A DNA stretch of 64,000 nucleotides from a virus (Duplodnaviria; Caudoviricetes), in the IMG/VR virus record IMGVR_UViG_3300021958_000044, positions 1 through 64,000 of that record; one strand, 5' to 3'. Positions 40,094 to 49,269 of the stretch are shown here, one piece after another (within the stretch, counting starts at the first letter, position 1; each line of letters opens with the position of its first letter). The position numbers and the translations under genes were made by a program. The notes beneath the pieces are model-generated. The model saw only the letters and a list, made by a program, of their open reading frames with translations, made no database searches and was not told the origin of the DNA.

Positions 40094-40925
40094 AATTTTA
40101 GACGTAGCAAAAGACGCATTTAACCTTTTTAAAGGAATAGGGTTAGAGAAGACCGCCACAGGCGCTGACTCTCAATTTAATCTTAACAACTTTATTGGAA
40201 AGATGCAAGAAAGAAACAGCTTAGCACGTGCCAATAGGTATGTTGTTAGGATTGCAACTCCACCTTGGGGTGGGGCAGCTGCTGCTCAAGATTTAGTATT
40301 CTTTTGTGATAACGTAAACTTGCCTGGTGCTTCTGTTGTACCTGTAGATATTAAAAGAAACTCAATTGGTCCTTTTGATAGAAGACCATCAAATGTTATA
40401 CCTGATGAGGTTACAGCATCGTTCATGCTTGATAGTGCAGGACAGAATTTAAAGTTCTTTCATGATTGGTTAGCTAACATCATGGGAATAGATGATTCAG
40501 CTGGCGGTGCTACTTCGCCTGATGCAAATGGAGCAAAGTTTGGCGAGTTGCATTATAGAGATAGATACGTAACTACAATGGAAATAGAAACGTATGACAT
40601 GGCTGCAAATAAAATTCATACAGTAAAATGTTTTGAAGTATGGCCATCTCAAATCTCGCCTGTCACTTTAGGATGGGCGCAAAACGATGAATATGCAAGA
40701 GTGCAAGTCAACTTTCAACTTAGATTCTTTACATCAGAGACGACTGACAGTCCTACTGCAGCACCTGGTGAAAGAGAACTTACTGCTATGGAACAATTAT
40801 TAAGAATTGGCCAAGCTGCTAAAGCACTTAAGTCTAGTTGGAAAAAGCCAACAAATGTTGGTGACGTAATTAATGTTGTTAGCAATGGTCAAACATTCTT
40901 GAAGACTCTTGGTGGCAAAACTTAA
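40086..40925 (+). CDS. gp54: Tail tube initiator gp54-like (gp19 fold)
   Basis: LARANRYVVRI, FFCDNVNLPG, CFEVWPSQISPVTLGWAQNDE...VNFQLR. Confidence 0.8.
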   Translation: MAKILDVAKDAFNLFKGIGLEKTATGADSQFNLNNFIGKMQERNSLARANRYVVRIATPPWGGAAAAQDLVFFCDNVNLPGASVVPVDIKRNSIGPFDRRPSNVIPDEVTASFMLDSAGQNLKFFHDWLANIMGIDDSAGGATSPDANGAKFGELHYRDRYVTTMEIETYDMAANKIHTVKCFEVWPSQISPVTLGWAQNDEYARVQVNFQLRFFTSETTDSPTAAPGERELTAMEQLLRIGQAAKALKSSWKKPTNVGDVINVVSNGQTFLKTLGGKT

Positions 40926-40943
40926 ATATAATGGAGAAAAATA

Positions 40944-41648
40944 ATGGCATTACCAAAATTACAGCAACCGCTGTTTGATTTGACATTACCTATAAGCGGA
41001 AAAAAAGTAAAGTTTAGACCTTTCCTTGTAAAAGAAGAAAAGATTCTGCTTATTGGTAAAGACGGAGGACCTAAACAACAGATGACTGCTATCAAGCAAT
41101 TGTTATCTGAGGTCATCGTAGAACCTAAGAAATTTAACCCCGCATCTTTGATCTTAGCAGATATGGAATATCTGTTTATGAAGCTGCGCGCAAGATCTGT
41201 ACAGAATATTGTTACACTTAAGTACAGAGATAAAGAAGATAACGAAGTGTACGATTTTGAAGTTAATCTTGATGAGATTGAACCAACAATAAATGAAGAT
41301 CATGTTAATGTAATTGATCTGGATGGTAACATTGGCATTGAGTTGAAAGAACCAACATTAGGATTAATTGAAAAGCTAGACATAAAAGAAGGCGATGAAG
41401 CAAGTAGAGAGAGCGTCTATAAACTTCTGGCTGGATGTATTGTTAAGGTATATGACAGTAATGAAGTGTACGACGACTTTACTGAAAAAGAAGCGGTAGA
41501 GTTTATTCAAAACCTTGACATGAATATGTTTGAAAAATTAAAACAGTTTTATGATACGCTACCTAAGTTGACTCATACATTTGAGTATACTAACAAAATG
41601 GGGAATAGTAGAAAGATTAAGCTACAAGGATTAGCCGATTTTTTTTAA
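40944..41648 (+). CDS. gp26: Baseplate hub assembly protein gp26
   Basis: MALPKL...FRPFLVKEEKILL...DMEYLFMKLRARSV...LQGLADFF. Confidence 0.92.
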   Translation: MALPKLQQPLFDLTLPISGKKVKFRPFLVKEEKILLIGKDGGPKQQMTAIKQLLSEVIVEPKKFNPASLILADMEYLFMKLRARSVQNIVTLKYRDKEDNEVYDFEVNLDEIEPTINEDHVNVIDLDGNIGIELKEPTLGLIEKLDIKEGDEASRESVYKLLAGCIVKVYDSNEVYDDFTEKEAVEFIQNLDMNMFEKLKQFYDTLPKLTHTFEYTNKMGNSRKIKLQGLADFF

Positions 41649-41872
41649 TGTTGCTGAGCCATAATACGCTCGCAAATTATTATTCAACAATTTTTGCATT
41701 GGTTCAGCATCATAAATACAGTATATACGACGTGGAACATTTGATTCCTTATGAGCGTGATATTTACGTTGCTATGTTAGTCGACCACTTGAAACAAGAG
41801 AAAGAGAAGTGGGAGGCGCGAAAGTCTCAGCAAAGTGCATCGGTGAAGCGTTATACACCTAAACGGAGATAA
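41648..41872 (+). CDS. gp51: Baseplate hub assembly catalyst gp51
   Basis: FALVQHHKYSIYDVEHLIPYERDIYVAML. Confidence 0.9.
   Translation: MLLSHNTLANYYSTIFALVQHHKYSIYDVEHLIPYERDIYVAMLVDHLKQEKEKWEARKSQQSASVKRYTPKRR
41711..41718 (+). promoter_or_regulatory. Candidate late promoter CATAAATA within gp51
   Basis: Overlaps H-K-Y codons, about 155 nt upstream of 41875. Confidence 0.45.
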
Positions 41873-41874
41873 AC

Positions 41875-42249
41875 ATGGCAGAAAATGTTGATAGTAGAAA
41901 CGAAGTCGAGATAGATCTCGATAAGTACATGGCTTTGATAGATAAGCTAGATACAGCTGAAGATACTATTTCAGAAATGAAAAAAGAAGCGCAAGATGCT
42001 AAGAAGAGACTTGCGCCACCTAAGCGTAAGTTCATGGATATCTTTCTCGACGACAATGATGTAAACGAGAAAGCTATTATTGGATTTATATCATTCTTCT
42101 TAATGACCATATTTGGGATATGTGATTTGATCACAGCATTTATGGGGCAAGACCTAGTTATATCTGATACCATCTACACATCGTTTGTAGTTGTTACGCT
42201 TGGTGCGTTTGGTATATCAGAAGCAGGCAGAGCATTCGGCGGAAAATAA
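41875..42249 (+). CDS. Two-TM membrane protein, possibly holin-like (124 aa)
   Basis: Charged N-terminal coiled coil followed by two hydrophobic segments (AIIGFISFFLMTIFGICDLI; IYTSFVVVTLGAFGI). Confidence 0.6.
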   Translation: MAENVDSRNEVEIDLDKYMALIDKLDTAEDTISEMKKEAQDAKKRLAPPKRKFMDIFLDDNDVNEKAIIGFISFFLMTIFGICDLITAFMGQDLVISDTIYTSFVVVTLGAFGISEAGRAFGGK

Positions 42250-42252
42250 TAA

Positions 42253-44364
42253 ATGGCACTTCCAACCCCTCAAGTAGACGTAACATTAGATCCAGCACCT
42301 ATAGCTGATGCAATAGCAGCATCTATACAAACGGCAATGCAGCCGCTTATTGGTAGCATGCAAAGCATGACCGATAAGTTTGAACAGGTAGCTGAAGAAT
42401 TAGTTACTCCAGATGAAGGGGATGGAGAAAAGTTAGGAGTTGCAGGTGTCCTAAACCAACAGCTTGAAGTAATGCAAATGCAATATGAAAAGCTCGATGG
42501 CATTTTTAATTTTACAAAAGGCGCTGATACAAAATTACATAGCATCATGTACGATGCTTTGACTAATAGAAAGAACCAAGAGACACTAGAGGAAATAAGA
42601 GATGCGGTTAGAGACGAGATGGATGCACTCGGAGCTAAACTTGAGCAGAATGATGGAAGCAGAGAAGAGGATGCAGAAGAGCAAAGTGACGCCGACGAAG
42701 AAGCTAGAGAGCTCGACAGAGAAACAGCAGACAACACAAGAGAAATTGCAGACGGAGCCGGAGAAGCATCAGAAGGTATGCCCGACATGCCTACACCTGC
42801 AGGTGCGGGAGATAAGTCAGAGAAGGGAGCCAAGCAAAAGGCGCCTAAAGGAGATGGAATTCTTGGTGACATCTTCAAAGATATTAAGGGATTTTTAAAA
42901 GTCATTGGAAAGATTGGCCTAATGATAGGTCTACTAGCAGCTGCTGTATTTGGAGCTGGCGATGGAGTATTTGTAAAAATAAAAGAACTGTTCAATAGAA
43001 TGGTTGAAGTGCTTGCTCCTGTATTAGAAACTTTAATGACTAAGGTTGTACCTCCTTTACTAGACGTGTTAATGGTTGTTATGGATGCGTTCATGCAGAT
43101 CGTTGAAGCGTTAATGCCTGTAGTTATTCAAATTATAGAGACTTTATTGCCTCCATTAATTGATCTATTCATGACAATTGTCGATGTGTTTATGAAGTTG
43201 GTAGAAGTGCTGTTACCTCCTATCATGGAGATAGTTGATGCAGCATTGCCTGTCGTAACTCAGTTAGTAGAATTATTAGCTTCTGTATTAATGACATTAG
43301 TAGACGCATTGATGCCTGTATTAGAACCTTTGTATGGATTTATTGCTGATGCAGTAGTAGTTGTATTTGAATTGATAGGAGCTGTTATAGGCGGCGTACT
43401 TAAATTCTTCTCGGATCCATTAGGATACATTCAAGATGGTCTATCATATCTTGCTGATGGCGGCGATATGATACTTAGTGGACTTGGAGGATTTATTAAC
43501 GGTCTTATTGAGTTTATTGCTGGATTGGTAGAGAAGATTCCGTTTGTAGGAGATGACGCAGCCGCAGGACTTAGAAGTCTTAAAGTTTCATTTGGTGATG
43601 CTGCAGAAGAAAGAATGGCACAGCGAGCTACAGAAAGAGCAGAGCGAGCAGCAGATAGAGTTATTGATGAAATAGATATGAGTGCACCGCCAGATGAATT
43701 CAAAGCAGCAATAGAACAAAAGGTTGCTGATGGTGATATGACCCCTGAAGTTGCTGGTATACTTCAACAACGATACGAAGAGCAAAGCGGCGATCAAGGT
43801 ACAGCGCCTACACCAAGTACTCCTACAAGCACAAACGATGCAACTGGAGTTCAGACAGCTGATGTACCAGACATAGGTACAATTGATGCTGATAAGATGA
43901 TCAACGTAACAATGCCTGAAGGATTAGGACCTGTTAGTGGCCAACAAATTATGGTTACTAAATCACCAGATAGTGAGGGAAACATCTATGCATATACCCC
44001 TGATGGTAAACCTATAGGAAAAGTAGAAGCGGCATCGGACTTAGGAAAAGTAATATCCAAATTGTCGGCAGAAGAATCCATAAACCAACAAGTAGCAGCA
44101 GAATCTTCAATAGATGCATCAGCATTACCGGTAGATACAGAGCAGCTCCCCACAGGAAGCGCAGTAATAGATACAGCAACAGCAGAGACAGAAGAAGCTC
44201 AATCATTAGCAACGTCCGGTGGTGGTGGTATGAGCACTAATATGGCCATGACAAGTGTAGACCAAAGTCAAAGAGTTGTTAACCAAAACTCGACCACCGG
44301 CATAATATACACCGGTGGCCAAAGTAGCCTAGGCGGAAGATCCGGCCCAGGCATTCCTGGTTAA
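42253..44364 (+). CDS. Probable tape-measure/baseplate hub protein (gp29-like position), 703 aa
   Basis: Helical N-terminus, hydrophobic segment, then roughly 11-residue amphipathic repeats with periodic Pro; downstream of gp26/gp51. Confidence 0.65.
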   Translation: MALPTPQVDVTLDPAPIADAIAASIQTAMQPLIGSMQSMTDKFEQVAEELVTPDEGDGEKLGVAGVLNQQLEVMQMQYEKLDGIFNFTKGADTKLHSIMYDALTNRKNQETLEEIRDAVRDEMDALGAKLEQNDGSREEDAEEQSDADEEARELDRETADNTREIADGAGEASEGMPDMPTPAGAGDKSEKGAKQKAPKGDGILGDIFKDIKGFLKVIGKIGLMIGLLAAAVFGAGDGVFVKIKELFNRMVEVLAPVLETLMTKVVPPLLDVLMVVMDAFMQIVEALMPVVIQIIETLLPPLIDLFMTIVDVFMKLVEVLLPPIMEIVDAALPVVTQLVELLASVLMTLVDALMPVLEPLYGFIADAVVVVFELIGAVIGGVLKFFSDPLGYIQDGLSYLADGGDMILSGLGGFINGLIEFIAGLVEKIPFVGDDAAAGLRSLKVSFGDAAEERMAQRATERAERAADRVIDEIDMSAPPDEFKAAIEQKVADGDMTPEVAGILQQRYEEQSGDQGTAPTPSTPTSTNDATGVQTADVPDIGTIDADKMINVTMPEGLGPVSGQQIMVTKSPDSEGNIYAYTPDGKPIGKVEAASDLGKVISKLSAEESINQQVAAESSIDASALPVDTEQLPTGSAVIDTATAETEEAQSLATSGGGGMSTNMAMTSVDQSQRVVNQNSTTGIIYTGGQSSLGGRSGPGIPG

Positions 44365-45261
44365 TTATTCTTCAGCTAATTTCTTAAAGAAATCAAGAGA
44401 ACCGTCATCATCATCATCTTGGATGATAGGTGCAGACTCCATTTGCTTCTCTGGAATAGAAGGAGCCGCTACTTGTTCAAAAGAATTATCTTCTGCAGTT
44501 GTAGAGACATTACTTCCATCTAGACCTAATACTCTATTGAGTTTAGCTTGAAGCTCTTCAAAGGTTTTAAAGTTTGATGGTTCAACAAAGTCGTTAAGAG
44601 CGTATTGTGATTGCCAAACTGCCTCTAGTTCGCCATCTTCATCAAATAAAGGAGCAGGAACATCAAGTTCAGACTTGTCGTAGTTTCTGTATCCTTCTAC
44701 ATTACGAATTTTCAATTTGAAGTCAGCGCCTTCCCATAAATCAAATGGGTTCACTGGCTTCTCATCTTCAAACTGAGGATTCATAGCCTCGTTTAGCTTG
44801 TCAAAGATTTTCTTACCATACTTGTAAAGGAACACTTTGCCTTCATTTTCTGGATTAGATGGATCCTTAACAACATAGATATTACTGATGAAAGAAAGTC
44901 TACGCTTTTGCTTTCTAGCTTTATCTTTGTTTGACTCAATACCAGAGTTCCACAACATAGAGTTGTATTCTGATACTGGATCTTTTTGACCTAGAGTGGT
45001 CAATGAGTTTTCAATATACCAGCCACCAGGTCCTTGGAATCCGTGATCCCAAATTCTTACGAATGGTACGTCCTCACCATTAGACTCTGGCAAGAATCTA
45101 ATAACAGCATAGCCATTACCAGCCTTGTCGACTTCTGGCTTCCAGAAACGATCGTCTGGACCAGGGCCGCTAGTCTTTTGGTTGAGTTTATTTAGAGAGT
45201 GAGTTAGCTTATCAAAGCCCTCAGTACGATTGCGCTTAAGCGCTGCAAATGAATCTGTCAT
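44365..45261 (-). CDS. gp32: Single-stranded DNA-binding protein gp32
   Basis: DDRFWKPEVDKAGNGYAVIRFLP, GFQGPGGWYIENSLTT, FLYKYGKKIFDK, acidic tail ending DFFKKLAEE. Confidence 0.97.
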   Translation of the reverse strand: MTDSFAALKRNRTEGFDKLTHSLNKLNQKTSGPGPDDRFWKPEVDKAGNGYAVIRFLPESNGEDVPFVRIWDHGFQGPGGWYIENSLTTLGQKDPVSEYNSMLWNSGIESNKDKARKQKRRLSFISNIYVVKDPSNPENEGKVFLYKYGKKIFDKLNEAMNPQFEDEKPVNPFDLWEGADFKLKIRNVEGYRNYDKSELDVPAPLFDEDGELEAVWQSQYALNDFVEPSNFKTFEELQAKLNRVLGLDGSNVSTTAEDNSFEQVAAPSIPEKQMESAPIIQDDDDDGSLDFFKKLAEE

Positions 45262-45270
45262 GTATCCTCC

Positions 45271-45299
45271 TATATGCGTTATATGACGTTATATGCGTT
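45271..45299 (-). repeat. Three tandem (A)ACG(T)CATATA units abutting the gp32 SD
   Basis: mRNA sense AACGCATATA-ACGTCATATA-ACGCATATA-GGAGGATAC-ATG. Confidence 0.75.
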
Positions 45300-45908
45300 T
45301 TATTTAAATTTAGAGATAATAATATCTCTATACTTATTTATGTCAACATTGAGAAAGGGACTATATTTTGTTGCTTTCATTTTTATGTCAGGCCACATAA
45401 TATCATCCTTTAATTCCTTATCCCAATATTTGAACATTTTAACACATCTATCAATTAAGATCAACGTCTCAAGGCAAATATCTTTGCGCATGTACAATCT
45501 TAGTAGATATGGATGTGAGTTTTGAGGCACAATGATGTTGTCATTGAAGTCCTCTTTCATCTTGCTAAGGTCGTTCTTAAACACATAGCTTAATGACTGC
45601 TGTCTCTTTCTATATTCAGTGTAAATCTCATTCGCTTTGTCTTCTCTAATGTCACCAATATAAAAGTCATCGCTGTCAATGAAATTAGCAATAAGAAACT
45701 CAATTGGATCCTTCTGCTTTGTTAGTTTATAGAAAAAGTATTTGTCTCTTCTAGTGTCGAATGTAGTACGCCATGCTTTCACCTTACCGTTATACTTGAA
45801 ATAGTCATAGTTCTTGTCTTGAAAGTGACTCTTCAATGCTAGGTATTTGATATATGCGTCGTACGGTTCCACGGTTGTTATCCTGCCTCTTAATGACACG
45901 GCTTCCAT
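45300..45908 (-). CDS. gp59: Helicase loader gp59
   Basis: YIKYLALKSHF...YDYFKYNGKV...RRDKYFFYKL; adjacent to gp32 and gp33. Confidence 0.92.
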   Translation of the reverse strand: MEAVSLRGRITTVEPYDAYIKYLALKSHFQDKNYDYFKYNGKVKAWRTTFDTRRDKYFFYKLTKQKDPIEFLIANFIDSDDFYIGDIREDKANEIYTEYRKRQQSLSYVFKNDLSKMKEDFNDNIIVPQNSHPYLLRLYMRKDICLETLILIDRCVKMFKYWDKELKDDIMWPDIKMKATKYSPFLNVDINKYRDIIISKFK

Positions 45909-45921
45909 AATATAATCCTTT

Positions 45922-46173
45922 TTAAAAAGGTAGCTTACTTACTTTTTCAACTAAGTTCAACTCTTCTGCGTTCTCATATAGTAGTGCTTTTAATTTTTGA
46001 TTCCTCTGTATAAGCGATGCAATAGTTTCAGGTTCTATCTCTTCATTTGAAAGAAGAAAATCTTGCACTGCCTCCAAGTGGTTGAGATGTCCTTTAGACT
46101 CTTTAACCATATCGTTTATTACTTGAGCAAAAGCAGCGCTACTCAAAACTTCTAATTCAATTTTTTTAGACAT
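45922..46173 (-). CDS. gp33: Late promoter co-activator gp33
   Basis: Size, motif IEPETIASLI...LKALLYENAEELNL and synteny with gp59-gp32. Confidence 0.8.
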   Translation of the reverse strand: MSKKIELEVLSSAAFAQVINDMVKESKGHLNHLEAVQDFLLSNEEIEPETIASLIQRNQKLKALLYENAEELNLVEKVSKLPF

Positions 46174-46960
46174 ATTCCCAATCTACGTTCCAGAGCCTTT
46201 TTCTATATTTGTGATAAGGATCTCGATTACGTACTCTTATATAATTAACAATTGGTGATGCTTGTTTTTGCTTTTTAGTTTCCTGTCTGACATAGAAAGG
46301 ATCCCTTCTAGGAATCTTCACGACCATTCTTTTGTCGTCGTCATCGCTTAACAAATCATAATCCCATTCCTTCCAACCAGGGCGGCCAATTCCTAAAAAG
46401 AATTCTGCATCACCGTGCCTCACACCCTGGAATTCAATATCATAACCACCAGTTGACCAAAAGGCCTCGCGTGTCATGATCCATGTGTTAGGATGGGTCT
46501 TATACTTAATAATACCTTTCTTACAAAGGAGCTCATAACCAGACATTATCTCTGGTGCTTCCATGTCTACTTTAGGTACATAATACATTTTAGGGTTTAG
46601 CTTCTTTTCAAATCGAAGAAACTCATACATGCCCGCGGACTCAAAACAGTCGACATCAATTAACATCAACCAGTCTGTCTTTACATGCTTAACACCAATG
46701 TTTCTACATACGTGAGAGTTGAACCCCACATCTCTCATAACATCGATACCCATTACGTTAAATCTGCTCTTGTGAAGCTCGATTGTCTTTCTAAAGAACT
46801 CACGGCCTTCAGCATGCCCGTCGTTTACAAATATAACTCGAGGTTCATAGCCATGCTTTTCTTTCATCCAACTATAGAACTGACATTGGTTATACAAATG
46901 ATCTTCTTGACCATACCATGTCATCACGCAAGTGATGTCGTTCCATCTAACCTTCTTCAT
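46166..46960 (-). CDS. GT-A glycosyltransferase (GT2/GT7-like)
   Basis: VIFVNDG, CRNIGVKHVKTDWLMLIDVD (DxD), FWSTGGYDIEFQGVRHGDAEF. Confidence 0.8.
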   Translation of the reverse strand: MKKVRWNDITCVMTWYGQEDHLYNQCQFYSWMKEKHGYEPRVIFVNDGHAEGREFFRKTIELHKSRFNVMGIDVMRDVGFNSHVCRNIGVKHVKTDWLMLIDVDCFESAGMYEFLRFEKKLNPKMYYVPKVDMEAPEIMSGYELLCKKGIIKYKTHPNTWIMTREAFWSTGGYDIEFQGVRHGDAEFFLGIGRPGWKEWDYDLLSDDDDKRMVVKIPRRDPFYVRQETKKQKQASPIVNYIRVRNRDPYHKYRKRLWNVDWEYV

Positions 46961-47658
46961 TAATTACCTGCTGCCTTAGCGTTTAACATCATTGCTTCTT
47001 CGTCTAGCCACAATTGACTGTATGTTGTGTTTTTGTAATTATCAAACCAAGGCCCGCCGTCTGTGTAATGAATAGCTTTAGGATTTTCTAATAGATAATA
47101 ATCATCTAAACAATTCCACTCTAATGGCAATGCACCAATATCTTCGTCATCTAACCATCTTAATTGATGGAAGTCTAGTCCAGGCCTATGGTTGTTTAAG
47201 AACTCAGGAACGAGTCTCTGGTTCTTAGGATGTTCATTATTAAACAATATGAAGCTAGCCCAGTTTTTTCTGTATGCTCTATGTTGAGCTATTCCGTCCA
47301 TTTTAATTTGACTGTTAGGAATGTATCCAGGATGTTGTACAACATAAACTGCTTTGTCTGCATCAATGCTATCAAGTATCTTAAGAGGGTCTTCTAAGAA
47401 CAAAAAGTCACAATCTACAAAAAAGCTCCATCCTTTGAAGTCGCTCAAAAAAGGAACCCAAAATCTTGTAAATGTAAAATCGGTAGATTGAGGCTCTCCC
47501 CAATCCCTGCTGTAGGTTTCTATGTCTTCGCTAAAAAGTTTATTGGTCTTTATCTCAGATCTTTGATCTATTGAGTATTTACAGACGTCAAAGGCTCTAG
47601 CTTCTCTCTTGTCGTAGCCTATGAATATTTGGTGTTGATAGCCAGTACTTGTACTCAT
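46960..47658 (-). CDS. Glycosyltransferase (GT8-like phage family)
   Basis: IFIGYD, STDFTFTRFWVP, FFVDCDFLF, RKNWASFILFN, LPLEWN, AIHYTDGGPW. Confidence 0.82.
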   Translation of the reverse strand: MSTSTGYQHQIFIGYDKREARAFDVCKYSIDQRSEIKTNKLFSEDIETYSRDWGEPQSTDFTFTRFWVPFLSDFKGWSFFVDCDFLFLEDPLKILDSIDADKAVYVVQHPGYIPNSQIKMDGIAQHRAYRKNWASFILFNNEHPKNQRLVPEFLNNHRPGLDFHQLRWLDDEDIGALPLEWNCLDDYYLLENPKAIHYTDGGPWFDNYKNTTYSQLWLDEEAMMLNAKAAGN

Positions 47659-48508
47659 GAATTATCTCATCCCTCTTTTCTACCGATTTATGAATATACT
47701 CCTCTATTAGTTCTGGATGGAAGTCGCTCCAATATTCCCAAACTATGGCCCAAGGAAAAGCCTTTTGTGTAATTTGCCCTTTGCTAAAAATGATCATCGG
47801 TAAACCAAGCATTCTGGCAATCCACATATGAGCCCCATGATACCCTATAACGCATCTTGAAGACAACATAGTTTTCATAACTTCATGCATAGGTGTTTCA
47901 TAATGGACGTGTTTAATGTTCCATCCTCTTTTCTTAATTAACTCTCCTACCTTTGGCCAAGCATAACCAGAAGGAGTACGTGCTAGAGGATCTTTCCACG
48001 CTTTATTTTTATCATACTCGTGCAAAAGCTGTTTATGTTTCATACTTGTTACTAGAGTGATGTCTCTCCACTCAGCATGTCCGTTATTATAATCATTGAG
48101 ACCAGACTCGCCAAAGCGTAGATTGTGCATCTCCATTTCTTTTGCATCGTAGTTGTCGTGATTGTAACCAAGCTCTGAATTGTATACGTGCTCAATTCTT
48201 ACGCCATAAAAAGAAGGCTTCTTTAAAAAGTTGAACGTTATATCAATCCATTGTTGAATTGTTTCTGAGTCATCTTCTTTATACTTAGTTGGCTCAGCTT
48301 GCTTCCAATGGAATCTAAGTATTACATCAGTGCTATTTTTTTCAGCACAGTTCATTGCATACGATATAGGACTAATTATGTCCCCGTAACCAATCTTGCC
48401 TTTCCAATTTATAACTAACGGATGCAAGTTGTCTTGTATTGAGTGCTCGTTATAATCTGGCACTAGTGGATCATCAACTCTAAATGGTGTATGGGGATTG
48501 TTTGGCAC
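47597..48508 (-). CDS. GT-B glycosyltransferase-like protein (GT9-like)
   Basis: IGYGDII near the N-terminus and CVIGYHGAHMWIARMLGLPMIIF, resembling the GT9 C-terminal motif. Confidence 0.55.
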   Translation of the reverse strand: MPNNPHTPFRVDDPLVPDYNEHSIQDNLHPLVINWKGKIGYGDIISPISYAMNCAEKNSTDVILRFHWKQAEPTKYKEDDSETIQQWIDITFNFLKKPSFYGVRIEHVYNSELGYNHDNYDAKEMEMHNLRFGESGLNDYNNGHAEWRDITLVTSMKHKQLLHEYDKNKAWKDPLARTPSGYAWPKVGELIKKRGWNIKHVHYETPMHEVMKTMLSSRCVIGYHGAHMWIARMLGLPMIIFSKGQITQKAFPWAIVWEYWSDFHPELIEEYIHKSVEKRDEIIHEYKYWLSTPNIHRLRQERS

Positions 48509-49056
48509 TAAAAGTTTACCTCTTCATCGTATCTAACAACTACAGCAGGGAATGTAGCTTTCTTAACTCCAAGCTCTGATTGTCTTTCTCTAATTAATTT
48601 TTCCCATTCGTCTCTTGTTCTAATATTAATATGCAAGTTGGTACCATCTTTGAAAGTCTTCTTAGCAGTAGTCGTAGATATATTTAAAAACAATACACGT
48701 CTTGTGTATAATAAAAGCCTATCAAGAAACTCTACGGTGTGATCAGGATGAACATGCTCAAGAACATCGGTACATACTACCATATCAAATCTAGTGTCTG
48801 GGGGCGGGGTGGAAAATTCTGGTACAGCGGGATCGTATAGAGTTATATCACCAATGACGTTGTTAAAAATACCTCGCCAATCTGGAGTCTTCCAAAATAT
48901 AGCTTTGCCACAACCATAGTCTAGCACAGAGCTTACATTAAGCAGTTGTGCTAGTCTAGTTAGTTCCGGAACGTGTTTAAGAAGGGCTGTTCCTCTTGAA
49001 AACCTTGATCCTTTATGGAGCTCTTTGTATTCTTCTATTATTTCATTCTGATTCAT
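48508..49056 (-). CDS. Class I SAM-dependent methyltransferase
   Basis: SVLDYGCGK motif I; FDMVVCTDVLEHV. Confidence 0.88.
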   Translation of the reverse strand: MNQNEIIEEYKELHKGSRFSRGTALLKHVPELTRLAQLLNVSSVLDYGCGKAIFWKTPDWRGIFNNVIGDITLYDPAVPEFSTPPPDTRFDMVVCTDVLEHVHPDHTVEFLDRLLLYTRRVLFLNISTTTAKKTFKDGTNLHINIRTRDEWEKLIRERQSELGVKKATFPAVVVRYDEEVNF

Positions 49057-49088
49057 AATCTAATTTCTTTGACCGTTTTCTATTATAT

Positions 49089-49265
49089 TTAGTCTGGTCG
49101 ATATGAGTGGCAGGTCGTGTTAGCCTGTCCATGTATTTTTTTACTGGCGACCTTCTGGCCGGCTTCTTCGATACACTTGCCACAGTTAGTTCCTACTTTA
49201 AGTATTATAGACGGATCGTCTTTTATCATTTTGCTAGTAATAGCGTTACAGATACATACGTACAT
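49089..49265 (-). CDS. bfd: Bfd-like [2Fe-2S] ferredoxin (58 aa), absent from the ORF track
   Basis: Manual translation MYVCICNAITSKMIKDDPSIILKVGTNCGKCIEE...: CxC and CxxC as in bacterioferritin-associated ferredoxin; SD-like GAGGGA. Confidence 0.75.
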   Translation of the reverse strand: MYVCICNAITSKMIKDDPSIILKVGTNCGKCIEEAGQKVASKKIHGQANTTCHSYRPD

Positions 49266-49269
49266 ACTT

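Noticed and set aside
42270-43094. 274-aa antisense ORF opposite the tape-measure candidate
   Set aside because: Ser/Ile-rich mirror of the biased sense codons; similar shadows occur opposite the 1366-aa fibre (e.g. 15216-16172).
44362-44367. Abutting convergent stop codons without a terminator
   Set aside because: Ordinary module junction in compact T4-like genomes.
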